Origin: Thalia democratica | Lineage: Eukaryota | DNA length: 64,000 nucleotides | Assembly: GCA_965202585.1 (NCBI GenBank) | Contig: OZ241833.1 | Span: forward strand, 19,406,001 to 19,470,000 | Direction: 5' to 3' | Shown: piece by piece, positions 41,470-54,640 of the stretch | Numbering within the stretch: position 1 is the stretch's first letter | How the letters are laid out: each line of letters starts with the position of its first letter | Notes under the pieces: generated by a model | What the model was told of the DNA's origin: nothing | Database searches by the model: none | What the model saw: only the letters and a program-made list of their open reading frames with translations | Made by a program: the position numbers and the translations under genes

Positions 41470-42576
41470 TTAATGTTAATTTTTAGTTCAGTTTATATAA
41501 AAAAAAAATATTTTTTTACTATGTGAATGTTTGAAATTTATTTTAAACTTTAATGCATGATCACATTATTCAAGTGAAAAAAAAATTCGTCTAAGTAAGC
41601 TTATACATTTTATAATACCATTACTGTCATATAATTGAGAAAGTTTTTTTTATCAGTTTTTTTATATACTCAAGCTAACTCAGACCGTTTCAGGCTAGTT
41701 TGAAGATTGAAAGGAATTTTTGAAAAACTCAAGTTAGTTTGATTTTTGTTTTGTTGGAAACTCAGACTAGTTTTAAATTTTTGGAAAAGTTTTATTAAAA
41801 TTGGTTCTAATTAAGAATTGGTTGATTTAAAAAAAAATTAAAATCAAAAAATTTGTAATTATAAAAAAATTATAGTACATCAAAAACAGCCTCCGTTTAA
41901 CTCTCTTAAAAATCGTATTAGATGTTGTACAATGAGTTTTTGTGATCATTGCCACATATAAAACAGTTTTCAACTAAATAACTTTAAGTCGCATTTTTTA
42001 GGTCCCATACAGCTTACATTGGGCTTTTTTTTAGTCAAAACCAGTTACAATTTTGCAATAGATGTTTTAAGATGATTCTCAAATAAAAAGTTCTAGCAAA
42101 AAACTTAATGGTGGAATTTTTTATTAGCAATATATCATACATGTGCGCGTTTATAAACTCTCGCAACTCTTGTTTTAAATATTCTTTGAAATTTTTTACC
42201 TTACCTAGCTTAAATATTCTTTAAATACTTTTATATTCTTTGATTAAATAGTATACGTTGTTTTACTTACTTTACTGCTGTATAAAAATAAAAAGTAAAC
42301 ATTTTAGTACTAGTTTGACATGCATATTTTTTAAAGACTTTTTGCGTTTTATTCATAGCAGTTTGCACAGTGGGCAAGATTCGCGCTAAACTAGACAGGT
42401 ACGGGGGTCAAAAATTCAAGAAGACAATTTTGCACGGAGGGTCAAATATTCACGTCTCAAACTTTTATTTTAATAAATATAATGTTGAACAGGCTGTAAA
42501 TGTTTAGTAGATGCTAAATAAAAAGTTAAGATAATGAAAAAGAGTTTTTTGTTTTCAAACTTCAAGTGAGGAAATT

Positions 42577-43302
42577 ACGAGTGTGAAGTTAGCTTCAATA
42601 ATTTCTTCTAATGTCCAACCTTTGGATCTAATTATTTTCCTTATCTTAATAGCTAATTAAAAACTTATTTTTATTCTAGAGAACGGTCCTTTGTCTTTAA
42701 TTAAAAAAAATCATTGGATTAGGGTTTGGTTTTTTGAGTGGTTTTCCTTATAAAAAATTGGGTTTTTTATAATTTTTTTTATTTTATGAGTGTGAGTAAC
42801 AAAAAAATAATAACAATATCTTTTTTTAATCTTTTTAGTAATATGTGTATAAACGGCTAAAGTTTTTTTACTAACTGTCAATATTTTGCACAATTTGGCC
42901 TTAACTGGGTTTTTTTTTTAATTTTTTGAATTATGAACTTAAACTCATAAAATAAAAAATTCATAAGAAAACTCTATTAAGGCCAAATTGTGCAAAATAT
43001 TGACAGTTAGTAAAAAAAAAATTATATCCGTTTATAATTATATTATTAAAAAGACTTTAGAAAATTATAATTGTTTTTTTTTCACTCAAACTCATAAAAT
43101 AAAAGTATTTATAAAAAAAACCCAATTTTTTCTAAGGTTCACCTCTCAAAAAATCAAACCCTAATTCAATGAATTTTTTAAATTAAACACAAAGGACCAT
43201 TCCCTAGAATAAAAAACAAGCTTTCAATTAGCTATTAAGATAAGGAAAATAATTAGACCCAAAGTTTATTTAAAAAATCATTCAAGCTGACTTCACACTC
43301 GT
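42577..43302. repeat. Foldback palindrome with arms of about 360 bp and almost no spacer
   Basis: Arms align in reverse complement throughout; perfect 42-bp core 42863-42904 / 42977-43018. Confidence 0.9.
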
Positions 43303-43317
43303 GGGGAAATTTTATAG

Positions 43318-43591
43318 CAGGGTTTCCCAAACTTTTGTTCGATGGCCTGCTTTAAAGAAATTAAAAAAACTATGGCCCTTTCCAACAAAACTACTCAAAA
43401 AACTACTATTAAAAACACCTAAAATCTTTTTGTTTTGCGCTTCATCAGCAACTCCAGAATATCTAGTGTAAGTTTCAAATTATGACCTCAAGGCTCCCCT
43501 GTGGCTTCTTTACATCTCATGGTCCTCCGGTAGCCCCTTTGCTGCCCATCGCCCCCTGAATGTTTATCATGGCCCACTTTGGGGAACCCTG
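43318..43591. mobile_element. hAT MITE (274 bp) sharing TIRs with the 51437 element
   Basis: TIR CAGGGTTTCCCAAA / TTTGGGGAACCCTG (13/14); TSD TTTTATAG / TTCTATAG (7/8). Confidence 0.9.
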
Positions 43592-44319
43592 TTCTATAGG
43601 ATCTTTTCGAAGAACACGTTAGAAAAAATTATCTTAATTTTTTTTGATTTAGCTGGAATTGTTTTCAAAACTTATTTTAAATGTATTAACTTAAGTATAG
43701 ATTTTTAAGAAATATTTAAATATATAACTCCAGTTTGTTCAAAAACCTTATTTATTTTAAATTTACTAAAGACAAAAAAAAAATAATGTTCTTTTATTTC
43801 GTCAAAAGAAATTTTGAAGTATCTGATTCAACTAATAGATAATCTTATTAAACAAAAAATTTAAAGCATCTTTTTAAAGTTTTGAGAAAGAAATGAAATG
43901 ATTTGAAGTAGAAGTATTTTAAAGCTTATTTCTTTTACGGGTGACTTTAAAGTTTAAAACATTTAAAATCTGACTTATACAATAATCGTTCAAATCTTTT
44001 CGCACCAAGTAGCATTAGTTCTATTATAAACCAAAATTAAAACTTAATTTTAAGCTTTTAATACGTCTTATGTCGAGTTGCTGACCCTTTGTGTTTTGTA
44101 TACAAATGACATGGAAGCATTTATTAAAAGTTTTTCTCTAAGCTATTTTTGAATAAAAACAGGATTTAAAATATATAATTAGTTCTAGGAAACTTCTAGA
44201 TTTTAGTTTTTAAAATCCAACTAAGGCTTTAAAAATGTAGTCACTAAAAAGAAATATGTTTCTAAATAACTAAAAACAACTTCATTAAAATATAAAGTCA
44301 TTTTGCTCTCACTTTAGAT

Positions 44320-44450
44320 CAGGTTTTCTAAAGGGGCGATATTACCCATATTTTGGCGATTTTAGTATGTCATGGGGCAATAACTAGTAAAGGGTCAAAG
44401 GAGTCACAGAGTGGAGGAGTAATTTTGTTGTGAAGTCATACGAGCTTACA
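44320..44450. mobile_element. Degenerate end of the same hAT MITE family
   Basis: CAGGTTTTCTAAAGGGGCGATAT resembles the family TIR plus subterminal GGGGCGAT; interrupted by a SINE-like copy at 44459. Confidence 0.55.
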
Positions 44451-44458
44451 TTTTAAAC

Positions 44459-44573
44459 TGTCCTTGACAAGACATTAGACTGTATCCGTGGTGTATTGAC
44501 CGAAGACCGAAAGAATTTTTGTATACCAGGTCCTAAGACCAAGTATTTTGAGCGCTTTTTGTTTGTCGTTCAA
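44459..44573 (+). mobile_element. SINE-like dispersed repeat, copy 3
   Basis: tgtccttgacaagacattagactg...ccgaaag...taccaggtcctaagacc...ttgagcgc...gtcgttcaa. Confidence 0.7.
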
Positions 44574-45235
44574 AGTAGTAATCAGTATTTAACACTGTGA
44601 TAAGATTTACACAGAAAAAGTTTATTTGTTCAACCAAAGTACAAAAACTTATGCTTAGGAATATCATTTTAAAGCAAATTAAGTACTTTTACTCATACTT
44701 TTGTTGATGAAAAACCTTAATAAGTAAAACAAATTTTACTAATTCATTAATCCATGGAAACCTAAAGTAGGACTTTAGCTATCAGAGGGCAATAACTAAG
44801 AAGGCAATTTTACATTGAATTTGGATAACCTTGTTTTAGATAAAATAATTTCAGTATACAGTTTACTAACGAATATTAAGACAAAATTGAAACTTAAGCG
44901 TTAAAAAACTTAAGTTATATAAGTTTTATACTAAGACTTACAGTTTAAAGAGGAAAATATTTCCAATCTATTCGGTGAAAATGAATCTGCACACCTTATC
45001 TTAAACAGTTTTTAACTTTTTTTTTTTGTTTTTCATTGAGAGTTTAAAAATTGCCAATTAGTTCCTAAAAGTTATATAAAAGAAACGTTTTCCTCTATAA
45101 ATATATTTCAATTGCTTTTCAAGCACACTTGTTTGTAAAAAGGCCAGATTAAATTCAACTAAATCAGTACTTTTAACTGTTTACGAAATTACCAGCATTT
45201 TTACTGTTATTAACTATATAGCACGAAAGACGAAA

Positions 45236-45419
45236 ATGAAACATCTTCAAAATACATTTGAGGCGGAAAAACGAAAAGTAAAAGCTATCAATCAAAGCTC
45301 ACACAGTTGCAGTAAAACTTCAACCCAGGAAGAGTATCATCCTTTTTACAGCTCGTGTAGAACAAAAGCTCTAAATGAATACAAACGTTTGCAATTAATT
45401 TCTGAGTCTGCACTTAAAG
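45236..45419 (+). CDS. Probable first coding exon of the Kelch-like gene (61 codons + 1 nt)
   Basis: ATG at 45236, open frame MKHLQNTFEAEK...SESALK ending AAA G|gttaag (phase 1), which fits the phase-1 acceptor at 47714; joined ORF 522 aa. No recognisable homology for this exon, so the link is inferred. Confidence 0.5.
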
Positions 45420-46769
45420 GTTAAGGTTTTATACTACTGTTTAACATTTCTGTAGATTTTTTTATTTAGTGCACAACGTATTTTTATTAAAAGGTTATAC
45501 TTAAAAGTTTGAGCAATTATTAAAACTGTTTATAAGTTGTGTATAACTATATGATTAAGTTTACGTAACCTAATAAATCTTTTAAGTAAGGCCGTTAAGG
45601 ATCTAATTAAGGGAAAGATTTTGGTATGCAAACAAAACCAATATACCTACAGTTACTCCATTTTTCCTTTTTACTCCTTAATAATTGATTAGAAATAACT
45701 GATATAACTAGTAAGAGACATCTTAATGCACATAGTTTAAGAGTTTTTCAAGCGAACAAGTTAAAACTAAACAAATGGAAAAATTTTGTTGAATAAATTT
45801 TAGAAACTCTTTAAAGTTTGAAGAGGTTTTTTATATTATGCTAACAATTAAACAAAAATTTCTTGTTTTTATATTAGCAGTTTAGCGGTTGAAGCTACAA
45901 GTGAGGTAACAAGTGAAGTCTACCAAAATTAAAGAAATAGTTAACAAGACAAAGAGCTGACAAAAAAAATAAGTTAGGGGAAATCTTTTAAAAGACTAAA
46001 TTTATCGCATCTCCTAACAAAAGTACCATGCGTCGCTACTGTTGCCAAATAAGCCTCAATTTTTTTAAACATTTTTTTAAGATCTGAAACTGTGTGTAGT
46101 ATTTCATGTTTGAAGCAGATTGTACCATAATTCTTATTTTAAAAGTTTTATTAGAATCATTAAACCCCAAACATTATGAACTTTTTACTTTAAAAGTTTG
46201 GTCTAAATACAAAAGAATAAATATTAAAAGAACTTGCCTCGCATTGACTTCTTTTTTTAATTTTCGTTATTTCATTTTATAATTTTTTTTTTTTGCAGAT
46301 TTCAGTATATTTTTTTAATTGAAAAGCTTTTAAGATTAAAAAATCTATTAGTCCTATAGAATTTATATCAAATTTAGTTTTAATGAATTTTATTCATTAA
46401 CAGCTATGTATACTATGAGTACAAAATATTAAAGTAAACTAAGCTAAGTGTCTGTTTTGAGTGCTAAGGTAGTAGTAAAAAATATCATTTAGCTCCTAAG
46501 TCCAGATTAAAGAAAGATAGTTTTTACTTTTTATATTAGCTTATTAAGGTGTAAATAAACTTTCTGAGAAACGTTGATGCAGTTAAACAAATATAATACT
46601 AATAATAAAAAATCATTAACAATAAGTAAAGTAATATCTGTATATGTAATTTACTTGATTTTAACAGCTATTGTGCTAGATAAGACAATAAAATTTGATA
46701 TTTAATGAATATTTGTTTAAGGAAACTGGGTTTGATATAGTTTTGAAATACTTTAAAAACGGGTAGGTT

Positions 46770-47597
46770 TCAGAAAAGCACAGCGTAACTATGGCACGGG
46801 ACGTCACTTAAGCACGGCGACATTTTTGCAAGGAGTGACACTTTAGCACGGTGTGTAACTTTTACATGTAGCTTCACTTTAGCACGATCGATATGTATTA
46901 GTTAATAATTTGAATAATTACTAAGGCTATGTTTAATAAATGTTTAAAAATACAGTCAGCATCCTATTTTAAGTGTTTAATCAAAGGGGAAAACACCTTA
47001 ACTACCGAAGTTATTTTAAGCTGTTTGCATTTCAAAATGAACTAAATAAATATGTTATATTTTATCATCAGATTTTATAAAAGATAAAAGTAAATTATTT
47101 ACCAATATTTATTGAAGTATATATTTTAAGCATTTACTAAAGTTTACGCTTAAAAATTAACGTTATCAAAAATACTTAAAGCTATTTTAAAAAAAGTGTT
47201 TAGTAACCTAGAGCTCGATATATTATAAAGGTTTATAAAAACATTTTTATGTTGAAAAATAAAATTAAATTTCTCAAAATATGCGTTAAATTTTAAATTT
47301 AAATTGAGTAAATAAAGTTTATAATTTGTTTTTATTTTTTATAAGAAACTTAAGACTTCTTTAAAAACAACTAAAGTTTAATTTAAGAACAAAGTTATAG
47401 TTGAAACTTAAACTTGTAACACATTTAAAGCTTGCTTACTTTTGTTTTACATGTAACATAGTTCGTTTTTAAATTTTTAAGCATAACAGAACAATATGTT
47501 ACATAAACATTAAAAAAGTCATGGAAAATAACTTCTGTGCTAAAGTACGCCATACTAAAGTGTCACTCTGTGCTAAAGTGACACCGTGCTTTTCTGA
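46770..47597. mobile_element. MITE with TCAGAAAAGCAC TIR and subterminal ACTTTAGCAC repeats, in the predicted Kelch intron
   Basis: 46770 tcagaaaagcac / gtgcttttctga 47586-47597; multiple (c)actttagcacg units in inverted orientation at each end. Confidence 0.75.
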
Positions 47598-47714
47598 CAT
47601 GTCCGCTTTAAAAAAGTTATTGACTTTTTATTAAAGAAAATATCAAATTTTTATTTCAAATTTTGTGTAACAATCTTTTTGACAGTCTAATTAAAAAATA
47701 ATAACAATTTTAAG

Positions 47715-49099
47715 GAGTCAAGAAAGTGGATAAAAACAATTTTCTCGTCTTCTTGAAAACTTGCAGTGTTTTGCTGATGGAAAATTGGGAGAAACAAGAC
47801 TCTACGAAAATAAAGAAAGAAATAAATTATCGCAATGTAACATTTTTTTATCAATTAGCAAGATTTTTTAAATGTGTTAAGCTCACTAATTCTACTTTGC
47901 GCTTTATTGAACGCTTCTTCTCGATAGTTTCCGAAACCAAAAGTTTTTTGCAGTTAGAGCTCAAGGAAGTTTTGAAAATTTTTGCTAGTTCTGATCTTAA
48001 CGTCAATTCGGAAATGGAAATTCTTAATTCCATTGAGAAGTGGGTGGAATTCAACTATGAAAAAAGAAATATTTTTGTCGAAAAACTTTTATTAAAAGTT
48101 CGTCTGCATTTATTAACACCAAGTGCTTTAAACAGTCTATTTAGCAAAAAGGTCTTTAACGAGTGTCATGAGCTAATAACAGCCATATCCAAAGACAAAA
48201 ATTATCAAAACAAGACCAACGCGCTTCCATTAAACAGATTCTGCACTCAAAATATGTTTGACATAGCGATGCCGATAGAAAAAGGAATAAGTGTTTTTAA
48301 CATTAAAGATTTTAAGAGCGCGAAAATCGACATCGGAAGAGAGATGCGCTTGAACCTGAAACGCAACGGCCGTTACAAAATAGTTTACTGCAGAGGCGAG
48401 ATCTACTGGTTCGGCGATTACGGCTTCTACCACGAGCTCATTGTTCCCGTGCACAAGTACTCGCTGGTCGACAAAACCTGCGAGCACGTGACTGACGTTT
48501 TCGACGACAGAAGGTATTTTGCCGTCTGCTCGCTCGTCGATCAGATATACGTCATAGGAGGCGATGGCTCGGAAGATCATATGAACTCCTGCGTGAAGTT
48601 TTGCACGAAGAGCAAAAGGTGGGAGGAAGTCGGCGGGATGGGCGTGGGGAGATCTTGGGCCTCGTGCTGCGTTTTTCAAGGGCAGATTGTAGTTTGCGGA
48701 GGAATGAACGATGGGAATTTCGCGCTGAATTCCGTTGAAGTTTACGATGACGCTGCTGACAAGTGGCTGTCGATGCCCAGCATGGTGAAACGCAGGGCGT
48801 ACTGCAAACCGATCTCTAAAAGAAACAAGCTTTTTGTCGTCGGAGCCCGCGAAGACGATTGCGAAGTTTACGATTGTTTTTCTAATAAATTTTTACTGTT
48901 AAAACCGCCGCGCTTGTCGAAGTTTGGATCGGAAAAAATGCTCGAAGCGTTTCTTGTTGGGAGCGAGATTGTAATGGTTAGCTCTGGGTGCTCTAAAGCT
49001 GTGATATATGATGTTGAAAAAGGTGAAGTGAAAAAAAGAAAAATTGGTGCGAAAAGAGATTTTATCAATTGTGTTCTCATACCTCAGGTTGAAGTTTAA
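47715..49099 (+). CDS. Kelch-like protein, main exon (BACK domain plus about 5 Kelch blades)
   Basis: BACK motifs (FLQLELKEVLKIFASSDLNVNSEMEILNSIEKWV, LLLKVRLHLL) and Kelch blades (QIYVIGG...KRWEEVGGMGVGRSWASCCVFQGQIVVCGG...VEVYD...KW). An in-frame TAA just upstream and a phase-1 acceptor tttaag| at 47714 show that the GTG 'start' in the ORF track is internal. Confidence 0.9.
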
Positions 49100-49605
49100 A
49101 CTTACATAGTGGATAGATGTGTCGAAGAAAAAACATAAATGAGTTCCATTTAATAGCTTTGAAGACAGTGTGTTCATCTTTCTATTATTTTAACCTATTT
49201 TTTATTTTAAATGGTTTACATTTACAATTCATAAGTTTATCATTTTGTTTTTTTTTAAACTCGATTGATTTCAAACTATGGTTTAGAATATTTAGTTTTA
49301 GTTTATGGATTCTGAATAATAACAGTGCTAAACAATTACTCAACTTATTTTCTTAATTTGAAAGTATTTTTATTCTTTCTTAGCTAAAATAAGCTTGCAA
49401 AAGTTATAAACATACTTGATGATAATATTTTTGTTTAGTAAAATTAAAATAAATATACTAGTTTTTTTTTTTTTAATTGTATTATAAATCTGTACTTTTT
49501 TAAAAATTTCAACTAATGACAAAAGGTTATGATTTTGATACTTTAAAAATGGTTTGCCAGTTAAAACAAATAATTACTTATGCATATTTAAATAAAAATA
49601 GTTTG

Positions 49606-49793
49606 AGGTATGAGACAAACGGGACACGTTCGAAATCTACCCAGTCAAATTCGAGAACCACTTACCTATTGAGGGTTAGGGGTAACAGTGATAGTGAAAA
49701 ATAAATAAATAAAAATTTAGAAAATAAATTAATAAATACAGAAAATATAAAAAATGGGTGGATTTGAACGCGGGTGGGTTTTGATAGTATACC
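49606..49793. mobile_element. Small inverted-repeat element (MITE-like)
   Basis: cacgttcgaaatctaccca (49625-49643) versus tgggtggatttgaacgcg (49755-49772), imperfectly complementary. Confidence 0.55.
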
Positions 49794-51436
49794 GAGACAA
49801 ACAGTTAAATAAAAGCTACTAAAGCGTATAGTAATTTTAATAAAAAGTTGTAATTGTTTATAAACAATTGTAAAAAATAGACTTTACAGATACACCTATT
49901 TGTACGAAGAAAAATGTTTAAATTAAATGATGAACTATTCTTTTACCTGGTCTCTTTGCATAACCTATTAAAGTCATAGGAGATCAAAAATTTTCTGTAA
50001 AATTAATTAATAGCTCCAAATCCATTTAATTGCTTAAAACAGAGTTTGATTTTTATAGAATATAAAAATTTCAATTAGCTTATCAATATAATTACAAATG
50101 GTTTCTAATTCAAATTAAAGATAGTTAACTTTTCGTTATCATTTTTCAAGGAAACTAATAAATAATTAAAAACTAATTTCGTCTATGCTTTTAGCTAAAG
50201 ATCTAAATTAAAAAGAAATTTTTCTTGTATAACTTTAAAAATTTGTTACGCAGCATTCATAATAAACATGAAGAATTTATTTCAAAATAACTTATTTTTT
50301 CATTTTTATTTCAAATAATTTTGGATAAAATTAAAAACTTCTAAATAATGATGGTTTAGCATTAAACATAGATTTTGAAAACGATTCTTTTAAAACTGCA
50401 GGGAAAGAAAGTTTTCAATGAAGTATGCTTAACAGTTTACTTATAAAACAAGAAACAATTTAAAGTCTTAGACTTTTCACCCTTCCATATTTCAAAAACT
50501 TATTAAAAACGGTAAAATGCAACTAGTAGCTATGATGAAAACCTTCAACACAAGATTAAGTTGCTTTTTTAAATGCATTACTCCACTGACATCGTCTTAA
50601 ATTTAAATACTGAAAATCAACTTAGTATAACTGCTTAAAAACCTTTCATAAAATTACAAACTTTTTTAAACTTTTACTAAAATAATCTTTATTAAAAAAG
50701 TCAAGTAAGGTATTTTTTAAACAAGTGTTGAGTAAAAAAAGTTTAAGCCTTAGATGTTTATTTATAAATGAGATAAATTAGTTTAAATTTACTTATCAAT
50801 TTTTACACAGATCAAGCTTAAGCTCATTCCAAACACTATGTAAGTTTATTTTATTCTTGCTAAGATTTGGTATGCTGAATTATTAGCAAGATACTTATAG
50901 ATTTGTTAAATAGTGTAATGTATTTAATCTAAATGTAAAGTTTTTAAATAGTGTTAATTGAATTTTTTTCCTCAAAAGTTTATGTATTGCTGTTTAAACT
51001 TATCTTTAAACAACATTCAAAAACAAACAAAATTTAGACAAATTGACAAAAAAAGTTATACAGCAATATACAATGCATATTTTTATTTGTTTTACAAATA
51101 TGTATTGTTTAACAGATTCAACCTGATTACACAACCGAACAATGACTAAGTATAAAAACCTAGTTTTTTTTGTTTTATTATTTTCATCAATAAACCATAA
51201 CTTGCACCGAAATTTTTCTTTTCTTTTAACTGAATAAAGATAAAAATAAATACTATCTTAGAAACAATGTATAACTAATAGTTTCCAATAAAAAAATGTC
51301 TTAGCAGTGTTTTTGTGACTAGGCTTAGCTAAAAAATTTAATCTGTATTTAGTGGTAAAAGTATTTGAAGATAAAAGAAAAAAATCATTAAACTTTTACG
51401 CAGTTGTATTTATTAAAAAAAAGTAAGTGTTTAACC

Positions 51437-54400
51437 CAGGGTTTCCCAAACTCATTTACTAAATCGCCCCCTTTTCAGAAATTTGAAAAATAATCGCCCC
51501 CTCGATTTTAAAAAGTAGTTTTTCTCTTGAGTACAAACTTTTGAGCCAAAAAATTGTGTTCGAAATGTAATTTAGTCTGGTATTTCTTATACACGCACTT
51601 TTGAGCTGTGTTCAAAATAGTTTACAGGGCTTGAGAAAATAAGTTACTGTTGTTTTCTTATAAGCCCACTAAAGTGTATAAAAACACTTTAATATTAAAA
51701 AGCCTTGTGTAATCAGTAATCAATCCTGTTTAAATATGAATTGTTTTGAAACTAATGAAACTTTTAGGGTAGTGGTGGACAACTTTTGTAGTCAGCAATT
51801 CATACTTACTAAAAAATCATTTCTTGTTTCAATTCGTTTCAAAAATGTAATTGCGGGCTGCATAATTTAAAAAAATAACATATAGAAAACTAAAAAACTC
51901 GAGCATAATTGTAATAAAATGGTTTACTATTATTGTGATCTAGGAAATACTAAAGTAAGTGAAAACCAAATTGAAAGTGTATTTCAAAATCATAAACATC
52001 AAAAAACTAAATTTTCTTTATTTTGCACAAGTAGTTTCAAGTTACTTGGCGGGTCGAAATTTGATTGGATCTGGACCGTAATTTACCCATCTGAAATCTT
52101 AACTGAAACCTGAAATTATAACTATCTGTCATTTAACGAATTTCGGACATTTAGAGTGAATACTAAGTAACTTATTTAAGCCGCACAAAATACTTAAATT
52201 ATTATATAAATAGGCATATTCTAAAATTAAATACCAGAGATTAAAAAACTATAAAATAATGAACGGATTTTTTTAAACATAATGAAATAGATATTAAAAC
52301 ATTAATGCTGATCCAGTTTTAGGAAGTTTGACCGACTGGTTGATTATTTCACATAAAAAGTGGGTTTATCAATACCTTCTGTTAATGCAGTAAAATTATT
52401 AATTTCAATGCTGAGATATATTATAAGCAAGTTAGTTGTAAAATTAAAAATTTAATTCTAAACTTTTTAAACTATATGTTTTGTAGTAGAATACCATTAA
52501 ATAGTATTTGACTTAAAATAACTTTTAGGAAACTAAACTTTAATTTTAATTTTTTTTTCTTCGTTTAAATTTAAAAAAATCAAATGTTTTACACTTAATT
52601 CTGTGAACAGAAAGTAATCAATTAAAAAATTCTTTTAATTTTGTTAAAACTTTCTTTTGTAACTGTAGCAGTCTTTTTGATTGCTTATTTAATACTGTTT
52701 AGTTTCATTTTTTCTCTAGTTATTAGCCTATAATAATTTACTAGAAAAAAATAGTGAAAAACTAAAAGCTAGTGTTTAACTATTAAAATAAACAACATAT
52801 TCTAATTGCTAATATATTAAAAAATAATATAAAACAAAAAACAGTTGTATTAATAGTTTAAAATTATTTAATATATATAGATTTTCAAACAGTAATAAAT
52901 CAAGTTAGAAAATAAATTTGAGTTTAATAATCTTTTAAATGAAAAGGTTGAAGCATTTCAAATAGAGACATCAAATCTATACTCTTTTAAAACCAAAAAT
53001 AACTTTTGAAATAAAAACTTTAATGGTTATCAAAGTTTTTTTTTATTTATACAGATTAAACAAGTAATAACAAAAATATGTCAAATAAACTTCTTTCAAA
53101 CAAATACTTTAACCACTTTGCTATAAAAACTTTTAGTGTAATGTAAATCGACAAATATAAACTACAAAATCAACCAGGTCAAAAGAAAGTTATTAACATA
53201 TTTAAAATATAAAACATTTTATAAATACAGTAGACTTCCTCTTCAATTCGCACTTTGAACAAAATGAAAAAGTTTAAACTCTAAAATTATTACCATTTTT
53301 TTTTACAAAATGATAAATTTAAATATGTTATATGCAATAACGTTATGAATAAACATGAAATCACTAAAACATAAAATAAACAGTACTAAAAAAAAATCTA
53401 TATCAGCTATTAAATATTGTGTATTTTTTGTACTTAGTTAGTAATAGACTTTATTTAAGTTAAACTTAAGAAAGTATAAGTTTGCACTTTTTTTGGGTAA
53501 AAATTGCGATTTCAAGAGGAAGTCTACCGTAATTAATATTTATTAGGCTTTATGCAAACCTGTTATAGAATAAATAACTTAAAAGAATTTTTAACATAAA
53601 AAGACTACTTAAATACAATACAAACCAGGTTAAACAAGAAGTATTTTAAAAGATCAAATAAATAAATAAACTTTCATAAAAAAATGTCTGCTACTGAATT
53701 TAAATATAATGCGAAGGACGAGGTTCATGAATTCTCGCAAGTTTTCTAATCTGATTCTTAATCAGTCAAATAAAGCCTCAAGTCACCTCCTTTACAAATA
53801 TCTAAATTAGATATTTTGCTCAAGATGTTGATAACTAAACTGAAAGCTTTCTCAACAACATAGCTAGAAGAAAAAACTATACACAACAGTCTAAATTCCT
53901 CTCAAATGATTGGATACTTTTGCCTTAGTTTTTGTTGAGTTCAAAAGCTTTCATTTCGTTGGTTTCCTGTGAGTCGTTTACTTCAAAAAGATCTGCCACG
54001 AAGGGATCCATATTTTTATATATATGATAGCTTTTTTTTTTCAAATCGAAATTTTACTACTTAATATGTTGAAATTGTTAAAAAATTGTTTGCCTAAATT
54101 GTCAAATTCCAGGTTTTTCTAGGTAAATTGGCACCCTGTATAGTTTTATTTCTTAGTCTAACTTAATGACTTTTCAAAAAACAATTTGAAATATCATGAG
54201 GTGATAGTTAATATAGAAAACATAGATTTTTACAAACCATTTATGATCCTAAATAACATATATGTAAGGTTAAAAAATAGTGAAAAGAATTCCGATAGTC
54301 CATGATCTATGTAAGTGTTAAATAAGAAAATGTGTAATTGAAAGTATGTAATTAACTTGAAAGTAGGAGTCATATATACTTGATTTTTTTCTCTTAATTT

Positions 54401-54640
54401 TACATAAACACAATAAACTTTTTTGTTTAAGTTTTACCACAGGGTCAAATATTTAATACCAAGCTAAAATTAGTAAAATAGCAAAATAAAAATTTTATGA
54501 CAACCCAAAATTTTAAAATCGCCCCCTTTTCGCCCCCTTACTAGTTATCGCCCACCCTTTCGCCCCCTTACTAATTATCGCCCCCCGAAATACTAAAATC
54601 GCCCCCAGGGGGGCGATATCGCCCACTTTGGGAAACCCTG
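51437..54640. mobile_element. Non-autonomous hAT (Buster-type) DNA transposon, 3204 bp
   Basis: Perfect 14-bp TIR CAGGGTTTCCCAAA; perfect 8-bp TSD GTTTAACC (51429-51436, 54641-54648); clustered subterminal TCGCCCCC motifs at both ends. Confidence 0.95.
53700..54011 (-). pseudogene. hAT transposase C-terminal (dimerisation-domain) remnant
   Basis: MDPF...(frameshift)LRQKYPII*EEFRLLCIVFSSSYVVEKAFSLVINILSKISNLDICKGGDLRLYLTD*...HEPRPSHYI*, matching the Buster/SCAND3-type C-terminus (FPSSYLVERGFS...GDLRL.LT...PSH). Confidence 0.85.

Noticed and set aside
47015-47080. Minus-strand CTGATGA-T...T-GAAA inside the 46770 MITE
   Set aside because: Weak stem II, U16.1 missing and no stem I; chance match in AT-rich DNA.
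47851-49177. Minus-strand ORFs within the Kelch exon (47851-48054, 48230-48679, 48868-49080, 48899-49177)
   Set aside because: Antisense shadows of the Kelch CDS.
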